Source of the DNA: Anaeromyxobacter sp.
GTDB taxonomy: Bacteria; Myxococcota; Myxococcia; Myxococcales; Anaeromyxobacteraceae
Direction: 5' to 3'
NCBI GenBank assembly: GCA_049840735.1
Contig: JASGJN010000014.1
Coordinates: 1-64,000 of the forward strand
DNA length: 64,000 nt
In this document: one piece after another, positions 20,712-29,464 of the stretch
How the letters are laid out: every line of letters starts with the position of its first letter
Numbering within the stretch: the stretch's first letter is position 1
The notes under the pieces: model-generated
What the model saw: the letters and a program-made list of their open reading frames with translations, nothing else
Told to the model about the DNA's origin: nothing
Databases searched by the model: none
Program-made: the position numbers and the translations under genes

Positions 20712-23700
20712 TGCAGCTGGAGCCGCTCGACCGCCGGCTGGAGCTGAGGGGGCTGCTCGGCGCCGGCGGCATGGGGCAGGTGCACCGGGCCTTCGACACC
20801 GTGCTGGAGCGGGCCGTGGCGGTGAAGTTCCTGCGCGGCGACGACCCGCGCGAGACCGAGCGGCTGGTGCTGGAGGCGCGCCTCCAGGCGCGGGTCGAGC
20901 ACGAGAACGTGGTGCGGGTGCTGGCGGTCGGGACCCACGGCGGCCGCCCCTGCATCGTGCTGCAGCTGGTGGAGGGCCGCACGCTGGCCGACCTGGCGCC
21001 CGCCCTGACGCTGGCCGAGAAGGTGGAGCTGGTCCGGCAGGCGGCGCTGGGGGTGGACGCGGCCCATCGCCAGGGGCTGGTGCACCGCGACGTGAAGCCC
21101 GGGAACGTGCTGGTGGAGGACGGCCCGGGCCCGCGGTCGGCGCGCCTGGGCGACTTCGGCCTGGCGCGCGGCGAGGAGGGCGGGCTCACCCGCACCGGCC
21201 TGCTGGCCGGCACCCTGCCCTTCATGGCCCCCGAGCAGCTCTCCGGGGCCGGCGTGGTGGACTTCCGGGCCGACGTCTACGGCCTGGGGGCGACGCTCTA
21301 CGCGCTGCTGGCCGGGCACCCTCCCTTCGGCGAGCCGCCCGGCGGCGCCGCGCCCGACGCGGCCAGCCTCCTGCGCCGCGTGCTGGACGATCACCCTCCG
21401 CCCCTGGGGCCCGGCGTGCCGCGCGAGCTGGCGCGCATCGCGGCCCACGCGCTGGAGAAGGAGGCCAGCGCGCGCTACGGCTCGGCGCTGGCGCTGGCCG
21501 AGGACCTGGCGCGCTTCCAGCGCGGCGAGCCCATCCTGGCGCGGCCGCCCTCGCGGCTGGAGCGCGCCATCAAGTGGGCGCGCCGGAACCCGGCCGCCGC
21601 CCGCGCGCTCCTGGCCGCGCTGGTCGCGGTGCTGGCCGGCGCCGGCTGGGCGGCGCTGGTCCAGCGGCGGGCCGGGCTGGAGGCGCTGGAGGCGGCGCGC
21701 CTGGGCGCGGAGGCCCAGCGGATGGAGAACGCGCTGCGCCTCGCCCACCTGCAGCCGGCGCATCGCCTCGCCCCCACCTACGCCGCCATCGCCCGCGCCG
21801 TGGAGGCGCTGCGGGCGGTCAGGGGCGGCGTGGGCGCCGCCCCGCGCGCCTTCGCCGTCGGCCGCGGCCTGCAGCTGCTCCGGCGGGAGGAGGAGGCCCG
21901 GGCCGCGCTGGAGGAGGGCTGGGCGCTGGGCTACCGGCCGCCGGAGGCGGCGCTGGCGCTGGGCGTGCTCGACGCCGAGCGCTACGCCCGCGAGCTGGCC
22001 CAGCTCCCGCGCATCGACGACGCCGCGCGGAAGGCCGCGCTGGTGGCCGGGCTGCGGGCCCGCTTCGGCGAGCCGGCGCTGGCGCGGCTGCGGCTGGTGC
22101 CGGCCGCGACCGCCGGCGACCGCGCCCTCCTGGACGCGCGCATCGCGCTGGTGGAGCGCCGCTGGGCCGAGGCGGCGGCCCGGGCGCGCCTCGCCGCCGG
22201 GGCCGGCGCCGACCCGCTCGACGCCGGCCTGCTCGAGGGCGAGGCCCTGCTCGGCCAGGGGCAGGAGGCTTTCGAGCGGCGCGACATCCCGGGCTCGCTG
22301 GCCGCCATGGAGGCCGCGACCTCGCCGCTCCGGCGCGCCGCCGGGATCGGCCGGAGCGCGCCCCGCCCGCGGCTGCTCCTGGCCCGCGCGCTCCAGGGGG
22401 TGGACACGGCGCGCGAGGAGCTGGAGTCGGGCGTGAAGAGCCGCTTCGAGGAGGCGCTGGCGGTGGCGCAGGAGGCGCTGGCGCTGGATCCGGACGACCC
22501 GGAGCTGCTCCTGGCCCGCTCCGAGATCCAGGCCGACGTGGGGCGCGTCGCGCGGCGCGTGGGGCGCGACCCCGGCCCGCCGCTGGCCGACGCGGTGCGG
22601 ATGGCCGACGCCGCCACGCGCGCCGCCCCGGGCAGCCGCCGCGCCTGGGACCGGCTGGCCTGGGCGTGCAGCAACTACGCGCGCGAGCTGCGCGACGTCG
22701 GCTACCAGGTGGACTGGGCGCTGGACAAGGGGATCGCCGCCGCCCGCCGGGGCCAGGCGCTGGAGCCCGGGTCGAGCGTTCCGCCCTCGCTGCTGTCGCA
22801 GCTCCACGCCGACCGCGCCGAGGCGGCCGCGGTCCGCAGGCAGGACGGGCGCGCCGACGTCGAGGCGGCCCTGGCCGCCGCCCGCCGCGTGGTCGAGATC
22901 GGCGATCGCCCGGTGGTCTCGCGCGTGCTGCTGGCCCAGGCGCTCCGGCAGGACGCCACCGCCCGCGCCGCGCGCGGCGAGCCCTCCAGCGCGCCGTTCG
23001 AGGAGGCCGGGCGGATCATGGCCGAGGCGCTGGCCATCTCGAAGGGGCAGACCGACCTGGCGGCGCACGGCGTGTACCTGGTCTCGCTCTGGGCCGAGGT
23101 GGAGCTGCTCGAGGGGCGCCCGCCGCGCCGGCCGGTCGAGGTGGGCGGCGCGTGGATCAGCGCCCTCCAGGCCAGGGCCGAGCGCGACGACGTCGCCGCC
23201 GGGCAGCTGGGCGAGCTGGACGTGATCCTGGCCGGAGGCGCGGTGCTGGAGGGGCGCGATCCATCGCCCGAGCTGGCCCGCGCCGTCCCGCGCCTGGACC
23301 GGACCATCCGCGCCGGGATCTTCCCGGCCATCCACGCGCGGCGCGGCGAGGCGGAGCTGGTCCGCGCCGCCTGGCTGGACCGGCGCGGCCAGGACCTTCG
23401 CCCGGCGCTGGCCGAGGCCCTCCGCCAGGCCGGGCTCATGAAGGCCGTCGAGCCCGCCTCGCCGGACGGCTGGCGGCTCGAGACCGAGGCCCTCCTGGCC
23501 GCGCCCTCCCCCACGCCCGCCGAGCTCCGGCGGGCGCGCGCGTCGATCGAGCGCGCGCTGCAGCTCACCCCCGCGGATCCGCGGCTGCACGCGCTCGACG
23601 GGCTGGTGCTGCTGGCCTCCGGCGACCGCGCCGGCGCCGGCGCCGCGCTCGCGAGGGCGGCGGCGGGCAATGGGCGGCTGGCGCGGGTGGCGGAGCTGCG

Positions 23701-23752
23701 GGAGCGGCTCAGCGCACCGCCCGCACCGCCAGCTCCTTCGCCGTCTCGATGA
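20711..23752 (+). CDS. Ser/Thr protein kinase with TM segment and TPR-like helical C-terminus
   Basis: LGAGGMGQV, VAVKF, HRDVKPGN, DFGLA, MAPEQ, DVYGLG; own GGAGG and ATG at 20711. Confidence 0.9.
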   Translation: MQLEPLDRRLELRGLLGAGGMGQVHRAFDTVLERAVAVKFLRGDDPRETERLVLEARLQARVEHENVVRVLAVGTHGGRPCIVLQLVEGRTLADLAPALTLAEKVELVRQAALGVDAAHRQGLVHRDVKPGNVLVEDGPGPRSARLGDFGLARGEEGGLTRTGLLAGTLPFMAPEQLSGAGVVDFRADVYGLGATLYALLAGHPPFGEPPGGAAPDAASLLRRVLDDHPPPLGPGVPRELARIAAHALEKEASARYGSALALAEDLARFQRGEPILARPPSRLERAIKWARRNPAAARALLAALVAVLAGAGWAALVQRRAGLEALEAARLGAEAQRMENALRLAHLQPAHRLAPTYAAIARAVEALRAVRGGVGAAPRAFAVGRGLQLLRREEEARAALEEGWALGYRPPEAALALGVLDAERYARELAQLPRIDDAARKAALVAGLRARFGEPALARLRLVPAATAGDRALLDARIALVERRWAEAAARARLAAGAGADPLDAGLLEGEALLGQGQEAFERRDIPGSLAAMEAATSPLRRAAGIGRSAPRPRLLLARALQGVDTAREELESGVKSRFEEALAVAQEALALDPDDPELLLARSEIQADVGRVARRVGRDPGPPLADAVRMADAATRAAPGSRRAWDRLAWACSNYARELRDVGYQVDWALDKGIAAARRGQALEPGSSVPPSLLSQLHADRAEAAAVRRQDGRADVEAALAAARRVVEIGDRPVVSRVLLAQALRQDATARAARGEPSSAPFEEAGRIMAEALAISKGQTDLAAHGVYLVSLWAEVELLEGRPPRRPVEVGGAWISALQARAERDDVAAGQLGELDVILAGGAVLEGRDPSPELARAVPRLDRTIRAGIFPAIHARRGEAELVRAAWLDRRGQDLRPALAEALRQAGLMKAVEPASPDGWRLETEALLAAPSPTPAELRRARASIERALQLTPADPRLHALDGLVLLASGDRAGAGAALARAAAGNGRLARVAELRERLSAPPAPPAPSPSR

Positions 23753-24620
23753 AGAGGCGCAGCGGCGCCGAGCGCTGCGACCGGCTGGGGAAGTACAGGA
23801 AGTAGCCCGGGACCACCGGCGCGTACGGCTCGAGCACCGGCACCAGCGTGCCGGCGCGGAGGTGCGCCGCCGCCGCCGGCTCGAAGGCGTAGGCCAGCCC
23901 CAGGCCCTGCGCCGCCAGCGACACGCTCACCAGGTGGTCGTTGGTGATCACGCCGCCGCGCACCGGCACCCGCCAGCTCCTGCGGCCGCGCTCCAGCTCC
24001 CAGGCGTAGCGCGCGCCGGTGGTCTGCGAGCGGAACGTGATGCACTCGTGGCGCAGCAGCTCCTGCGGCGTCTGCGGCGTCCCGTGGCTGGCCAGGTAGC
24101 CGGGCGCGCCCACCACCACGAAGCGGAACGGGCCCGTGAGCCGCACCTGCACCATGTCGCGCTCGATGGACTCGGAGAGGCGCACGCCCGCGTCGTACCC
24201 CTCGCCTACCAGGTCCACCAGCCGCTCCTCGACCACCACCTCGACCTCGACCCGAGGGTGCCGCTCGCGGAAGGCCGGCAGCACCGGGTCGATCACGAAG
24301 GGCACGGCCGTGCGCGGCACCGAGAGCCGGAGGCGCCCCACCGCCTCGCCGGGCCGGGCCGAGACCTCGGTGAGCGCCGCCGCAAGCTGGCCCAGCGACG
24401 GCGCCGCGCCCTCCACCAGCCGGCGGCCGGCGTCCGTCACCGAGACGCTGCGCGTGGTGCGGGTGAGCAGCACCACGCCCAGCTGCGCCTCGAGCTGCTG
24501 CACCGCCTGGCTGACCGCGGAGCGGGTGACGCCCAGGTCGCGGGCCGCCGCGGTGAAGCTGCGGTGCCGTGCCACCGCCAGGAAGGCCTGGAGCTGGGGG
24601 AACGGTGCGGCGGCGTGCAT
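23709..24620 (-). CDS. LysR family transcriptional regulator
   Basis: [34 protein letters not shown]. Confidence 0.95.
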   Translation of the reverse strand: MHAAAPFPQLQAFLAVARHRSFTAAARDLGVTRSAVSQAVQQLEAQLGVVLLTRTTRSVSVTDAGRRLVEGAAPSLGQLAAALTEVSARPGEAVGRLRLSVPRTAVPFVIDPVLPAFRERHPRVEVEVVVEERLVDLVGEGYDAGVRLSESIERDMVQVRLTGPFRFVVVGAPGYLASHGTPQTPQELLRHECITFRSQTTGARYAWELERGRRSWRVPVRGGVITNDHLVSVSLAAQGLGLAYAFEPAAAAHLRAGTLVPVLEPYAPVVPGYFLYFPSRSQRSAPLRLFIETAKELAVRAVR

Positions 24621-24753
24621 GGAGGCCTCCCGGAGCAGCGCCAGCCTGCGACCCGGCCCGGCTGATTGTCAAGGCAAGGTGGACAGGTCATCGCGGCCTG
24701 CGGGCTGGTGGGACGGCGCGCAGGGGCCTAGATCCGTCCACGAGGTCCACCGC

Positions 24754-25272
24754 ATGAACCCGCTCGCCGCCGCTGCCCTGCTCCTGCTGCTCCCGGCCGC
24801 TTCCGCTGCCGGCCAGGCCCCGGCGTCCCGCGCGCCCAGCGCTCCCCGGACCCCGGCGGACGGAGGTCCGGAGAAGATGCAGATCACACGGGCAGGCACG
24901 CACCCCTCGCAGAAGGGACCGGCCGAGTGGTTCACCGGCACGGTCCGGATCGACCCCCTGTTCCACTCGGAGGCGCCCGGGCGAGCCGCCGGCGCCCTGG
25001 TGACCTTCGAGCCGTGCGCCCGCACGGACTGGCACACCCACCCGCTGGGCCAGACGCTGATCGTCGTCTCGGGGCTGGGCCGCGTGCAGGAGTGGGGCGG
25101 GCCGGTGCAGGAGCTGCGGCCCGGCGACGTGGTCTGGACCCCGCCGGGCGTGAAGCACTGGCACGGCGCCGCGCCGGCCACCGCCATGTCGCACCTGGCG
25201 ATCCAGGAGGCGCTGGACGGGAAGCTGGTGGAGTGGATGGAGAAGGTCACCGACGAGCAGTACGGAAAGTGA
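24754..25272 (+). CDS. Cupin domain protein with signal-like N-terminus
   Basis: [30 protein letters not shown]. Confidence 0.9.
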   Translation: MNPLAAAALLLLLPAASAAGQAPASRAPSAPRTPADGGPEKMQITRAGTHPSQKGPAEWFTGTVRIDPLFHSEAPGRAAGALVTFEPCARTDWHTHPLGQTLIVVSGLGRVQEWGGPVQELRPGDVVWTPPGVKHWHGAAPATAMSHLAIQEALDGKLVEWMEKVTDEQYGK

Positions 25273-25282
25273 GCGAGCAGCC

Positions 25283-26308
25283 ATGGCCAGCATGAGAGGC
25301 GCCGTCATCCACGGCGCGCGCGACGTCCGGTTCGAGGAGGTCCCCGAGCCGAAGCTCCAGGCGCCCACCGACGCCATCCTCCGCATCACGGCCGCCTGCG
25401 TCTGCGGCTCCGACCTGTGGCCCTACCGCGGGATCAACGCCGTCACCCAGCCGACGCCCATGGGGCACGAGTACTGCGGCGTGGTCGAGGAGGTCGGGAA
25501 GGAGGTGACGCGCGTGCGGAAGGGCCAGTTCGTGGTCGGCTCCTTCTTCGCGTCGGACGGCACCTGCCCGCACTGCAAGGCCGGCTACCACACCTCCTGC
25601 CAGCACCGCGAGCTGGTCGGCGGCGCGCAGGCGCCCTACCTGCGCGTCCCGCTGGCCGACGGCACGCTGGTCGCGACGCGCGAGGCGCCGCCGGCCGAGG
25701 CCGTGCCGGGCCTGCTCGCGGCGTCGGACGTGCTGGGCACCGGCTGGTTCGCCGCCGACGCGGCCGAGGTGAAGCCGGGCATGACCGTGGCCGTGGTGGG
25801 CGACGGCGCGGTCGGCCTGCTGGGCGTGCTCTCGGCCCGCCAGCGGGGCGCCGGGCGCATCATCGCCGTCAGCCGCCACGCGCCGCGGCAGGCGCTGGCG
25901 CGCGAGTTCGGCGCCACCGACATCGTCCCCGAGCGAGGCGACGAGGCCATCGACCGGATCAAGGAGCTCACCCGCGGGGTCGGCGCCGACGCCGTGCTCG
26001 AGTGCGTGGGCACCGCCGACGCCATGAAGCTCGCCATCCGCTCCACCCGCCCCGGCGGCACGGTGGGCTACGTGGGCGTCCCGCACGGCGTCGAGCTGGA
26101 CGCGCAGGCGCTCTTCTTCTCGCACGTGCGGCTCTTCGGCGGCCCCGCGCCGGTCCGGCGCTACCTGCCGGAGCTGATGGACCTGGTGCTCGACGGGAAG
26201 ATCGACCCGGGCAAGGTCTTCGACCTCACGCTCCCGCTGGCGGAGGTGGCCGAGGGCTACCGGGCCATGGACGAGCGGCGCGCCATCAAGGCGCTGCTGC
26301 GGCCGTGA
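25283..26308 (+). CDS. Zinc-dependent alcohol dehydrogenase family protein
   Basis: CVCGSD, GHE, GDGAVG, RRAIKALL. Confidence 0.95.
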   Translation: MASMRGAVIHGARDVRFEEVPEPKLQAPTDAILRITAACVCGSDLWPYRGINAVTQPTPMGHEYCGVVEEVGKEVTRVRKGQFVVGSFFASDGTCPHCKAGYHTSCQHRELVGGAQAPYLRVPLADGTLVATREAPPAEAVPGLLAASDVLGTGWFAADAAEVKPGMTVAVVGDGAVGLLGVLSARQRGAGRIIAVSRHAPRQALAREFGATDIVPERGDEAIDRIKELTRGVGADAVLECVGTADAMKLAIRSTRPGGTVGYVGVPHGVELDAQALFFSHVRLFGGPAPVRRYLPELMDLVLDGKIDPGKVFDLTLPLAEVAEGYRAMDERRAIKALLRP

Positions 26309-26376
26309 GGGCCGCGCCCACCACGCGCGCCGCCGCCCGTGGTGGACCCGGCGCAGCAGGGGCTATCATCTCGCGC

Positions 26377-26877
26377 ATGAGCCCGCCCGCGATCACCATC
26401 CGCCCCGCCGCCCGCCAGGACGCCCCTGCGCTCGGGCGGCTGGGCGCCCTGCTGGTCCGGACCCACCACGGCTTCGACCCGGCCCGCTTCATCGCCGCGA
26501 CGCCGCGGACCGAGCCCGGGTACGCGTCCTAGCTCGCCTCGCAGCTCGACGACGCCGACGCCATCGTCCTCGTGGCCGAGGGCGCCGACGGCGTGGTGGG
26601 CTACGCCTACGCCGGCCTGGAAGGCATGGACTGGATGGCGCTGCGCGGCCCGGCCGGCGTGGTGCACGACCTGGTGGTGGACCCGGCGCACCGCGGGCGC
26701 GGGACCGGCCGCCGCCTGCTCGAGGCCGTCATCGCCGCGCTGGAAGCGCGCGGCGCGCCGCGGACCGTGCTCTCCACCGCCGCGCGCAACCAGGCCGCGC
26801 AGCGGCTGTTCGAGCGCGCCGGGTTCCGCCGGACCATGGTGGAGCTGACGCGCGAGACGGGCGGTCGGAAGGACTGA
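26377..26877 (+). CDS. GNAT N-acetyltransferase with in-frame TAG at 26530-26532
   Basis: IRPAARQDAPALGRL...GYAS*LASQL...HDLVVDPAHRGRGTG, NQAAQRLFERAGF, all in one frame. Confidence 0.85.
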
Positions 26878-26988
26878 GCGCGCTCCCGCAGCGCAACTAT
26901 TTCTCCTAGTCCGTTTGCACCAAGAGGAAAGGTGCTCGCCCCAACCGGGCGTCTTGAGCGCCCGGTGTGCGCCTGCTCACCTGGTCAC

Positions 26989-27825
26989 ATGTTCCACGTG
27001 ACCTCGAACGCTGACGCTCCCGCCGAGCAGAGCCATCACTTGCCGTGCGACCTCCCATGGGGGAAACGCAGCCGCGCGCACTGGGCGCTGCAGGGAGACG
27101 GAAGCGTCATCCTGTTCGTCCATGGCTTCGGTGGAGCCTCGGAGACCACGTGGCACGCCTTCCCGGCCATGCTCCCGCGAGAGCCGAAGTGCCGTTCGAC
27201 GGACGTCGTCTTCTACGGCTACGACAGCCTCAGGTCCGGCGTGATCGCGCTGGCTACGAGGTTCCGCGAGTTCCTCCAGGTGGTCCTCGAGTCACCGAGC
27301 GACGCGATCAACCCGACCATCGACTTCGGACGGCGCCCGAAGGGCTTCCAGTACAAGAAGGTCATCGTCGTCGCACACTCGCTCGGCGCGGTCGTGGCGC
27401 GGCGCGCGCTGCTCGATCTGGCACAGCTGGATACGCCAGGCCTCGATCGCGTCCGCCTGGTGCTGTTTGCGCCAGCCCACCTGGGCGCCGACATCCTGCC
27501 GCTGGCCCGCGAGGCGCTGGGAGTCATCCGGTTGGTCCCGATCGCTGCCCTGGCCTCGTGGTCCTACCGCGCCTTGCGCGATCTCGACCCGAGGCCCTCG
27601 CCGGTGCTGCAGCAGCTCATGGCCGAAACGCAGAAGCTCACCGCAACCCCGCCGTCGCCCCACATAGCCCGCGTCGTCGTCCATGGGTACAAGGACCGCA
27701 TCGTCGCGCAGCAGCAGTTCTGCGCCGACCCGCTCGCGAAGTTCGAGCCGAAGAACCACGTGGCCCTCTGCAAGCCGGACGCCCACTACACCAACCCGAT
27801 CGACTACGTGATGGGAGCGCTGTGA
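26989..27825 (+). CDS. Alpha/beta hydrolase, SERAC1/PGAP1/SesB-like lipase
   Basis: ILFVHGFGG, VAHSLG (Ser), KDRIV (Asp), NHVALCKP (His). Confidence 0.85.
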   Translation: MFHVTSNADAPAEQSHHLPCDLPWGKRSRAHWALQGDGSVILFVHGFGGASETTWHAFPAMLPREPKCRSTDVVFYGYDSLRSGVIALATRFREFLQVVLESPSDAINPTIDFGRRPKGFQYKKVIVVAHSLGAVVARRALLDLAQLDTPGLDRVRLVLFAPAHLGADILPLAREALGVIRLVPIAALASWSYRALRDLDPRPSPVLQQLMAETQKLTATPPSPHIARVVVHGYKDRIVAQQQFCADPLAKFEPKNHVALCKPDAHYTNPIDYVMGAL

Positions 27826-28806
27826 TGGATGTCGCCCTCGCGAACCTCCGCGCCCTGGAACGCCGGTATCTGCACGGCTCGCTCGCCCCGGCCGCACTGT
27901 CGAAGGTGGCGGCGGCGCGGCGATCCCCTGGGTCGGTCGACCTCGACTTCCTCCTTCGCCACCACGATGACGAGGAGGTCGTGGACAAGACCGAGATCCG
28001 CCTCCGTGATGCCTTCGATGACCTGCTCGCGTTCTACGGGCTGATCGGAGATCGGCGCACAGCTCGGCGTCCTCCCGCCCAAGCTGCCGGACGATCTCGT
28101 CCGATCCGCCCGGGGGGTGCTGGAGACCCCCGGAGTCCATCGCTACTACACGCGGTACTATCCGCTCCTCCTGCCTGAGCTGCTGCGATGCCGGCTCGAG
28201 GGGAGCTGGAGCCGCCAGCTCCCGGTGGATGGCGCCGAGGCGCCTGTCCTGTTCGCCCGGTTCCTGGACGTCAACGCCATCCTGGATTCGCCCTCACAGT
28301 CCGACGAGATTGAGACGTTTCTCTGGCTGCTGGACGCCGGCTCGTGGGGCACGGTGGACATCACCGCCTTCCTCGAGTTGCTGCGGGATCCGGAGGAGAT
28401 GGTGAAGGCCCTCCAAACCCCTGCCAAGAAGGCGAGCCGCCTTGGGCTCGCCGTCCACGGCTTCCGCGAGTTCCTGGTCTTCTGCAGCGCCCTGGACGCG
28501 CTGCTCCAGTCCTGTCCGCCACAGGTCGCGGCGGCCTTCTGGCACCAGCACGCCTACTGGTTCAAGATCGTCCGGCAGAAAGTCGCGTCGACCATCGACC
28601 AGGCCCTTGCCGCGCTCTCGGGCTGGGAGCCTCCGGCAACCGGGCCGCGCAGCCGCTCGGCCTCCTCGCCGGCCCAGGAAGACGACCTGGCCACCCTGCA
28701 ATCCGCGCTGGACGCGCGGGAGTCCATGGAGCGGCTTCGCGAGGTCGTGCGGCGGCTCACAGGTGGCGCCTACGGCGCGTCACTGGGGCGCTCCAGGCAG
28801 CGTTGA
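27825..28806 (+). CDS. Uncharacterised helical protein, about 326 aa (frameshift at about 28046)
   Basis: TGATG overlap with the hydrolase; MDVALANLRALERRY...LAFYGLI joins EIGAQLGVLP...WHQHAYWF after removing one G. Confidence 0.75.
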
Positions 28807-28995
28807 GGCCGCGGGGAGGCGTCCCCAACGACTCTCCGCCTGGTCACCGGCCGCTTGCGCCCCGGAAGGCACAGCGCAGCGCCGAGGTGGCGCACGAGCC
28901 AACATGCATCTCGCCGCGCGCGCACGTCTTCGCTGCCTCCGCTCGCGGCCCCCGTTAATGAAGGCGTTCCCTTCCCCCCCAACGAGGAGAGCGCC

Positions 28996-29427
28996 ATGCG
29001 CGTGATGGTGATCGTGAAGGCCAGCATCGAATCCGAGGCCGGCCAGATGCCGAAGACGGAGCTGATGGCGGCCATGGGGCAGTACAACGAGGAGCTGGTC
29101 AGGGCGGGCGTGATGCTCGCCGGAGAGGGGCTGCACCCGACCTCGCGCGGGAAGCGCGTGCGCTTCTCCGGCCGCCAGCGGACCGTGATCGACGGCCCGT
29201 TCACCAGCACGCAGACCAGCGATCGCGTGGCGGGCTTCTGGCTCTGGCAGGTGCAGTCGATGGAGGACGCGGTCGACTGGCTCAAGCGGGCGCCGTTCGA
29301 CGACGGCGTGGAGGTCGAGCTGCGGCAGGTGTTCGAGGCCGACGACTTCGGCAAGGAGTACACGCCCGAGCTGCGCGAGCAGGAGGAGCGGATCCGGGCG
29401 GAGGTGGAGCGGCAGCAGCAGGCGTAG
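28996..29427 (+). CDS. YciI family protein
   Basis: MRVMVIVKAS, LAGEGLHP, VIDGPF, VAGFWLWQV. Confidence 0.92.
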   Translation: MRVMVIVKASIESEAGQMPKTELMAAMGQYNEELVRAGVMLAGEGLHPTSRGKRVRFSGRQRTVIDGPFTSTQTSDRVAGFWLWQVQSMEDAVDWLKRAPFDDGVEVELRQVFEADDFGKEYTPELREQEERIRAEVERQQQA

Positions 29428-29464
29428 CGCGCCCAGGCGCGCTGCCGGCGCGACCGGCGCCGGA

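Noticed and set aside
18985..23805. Very long alternative-frame and antisense ORFs (1606 aa, 1528 aa; also 9501-12536, 1511-3664 and the 5' part of 30209-33469)
   Set aside because: Arg/Gly/Ala/Pro-rich shadow ORFs expected in high-GC DNA opposite or overlapping real genes.
24667..24685. TGTC-N11-GACA inverted repeat between LysR and cupin
   Set aside because: Plausible LysR site but too short to support as a feature.
26936..28960. attC-like fragments flanking the lipase cassette (CCCCAAC plus hairpin at about 26940; GCCAAC...GTTAATG at about 28900-28960)
   Set aside because: R and L boxes do not pair properly, there is no repeated array, and no integrase is in the window.
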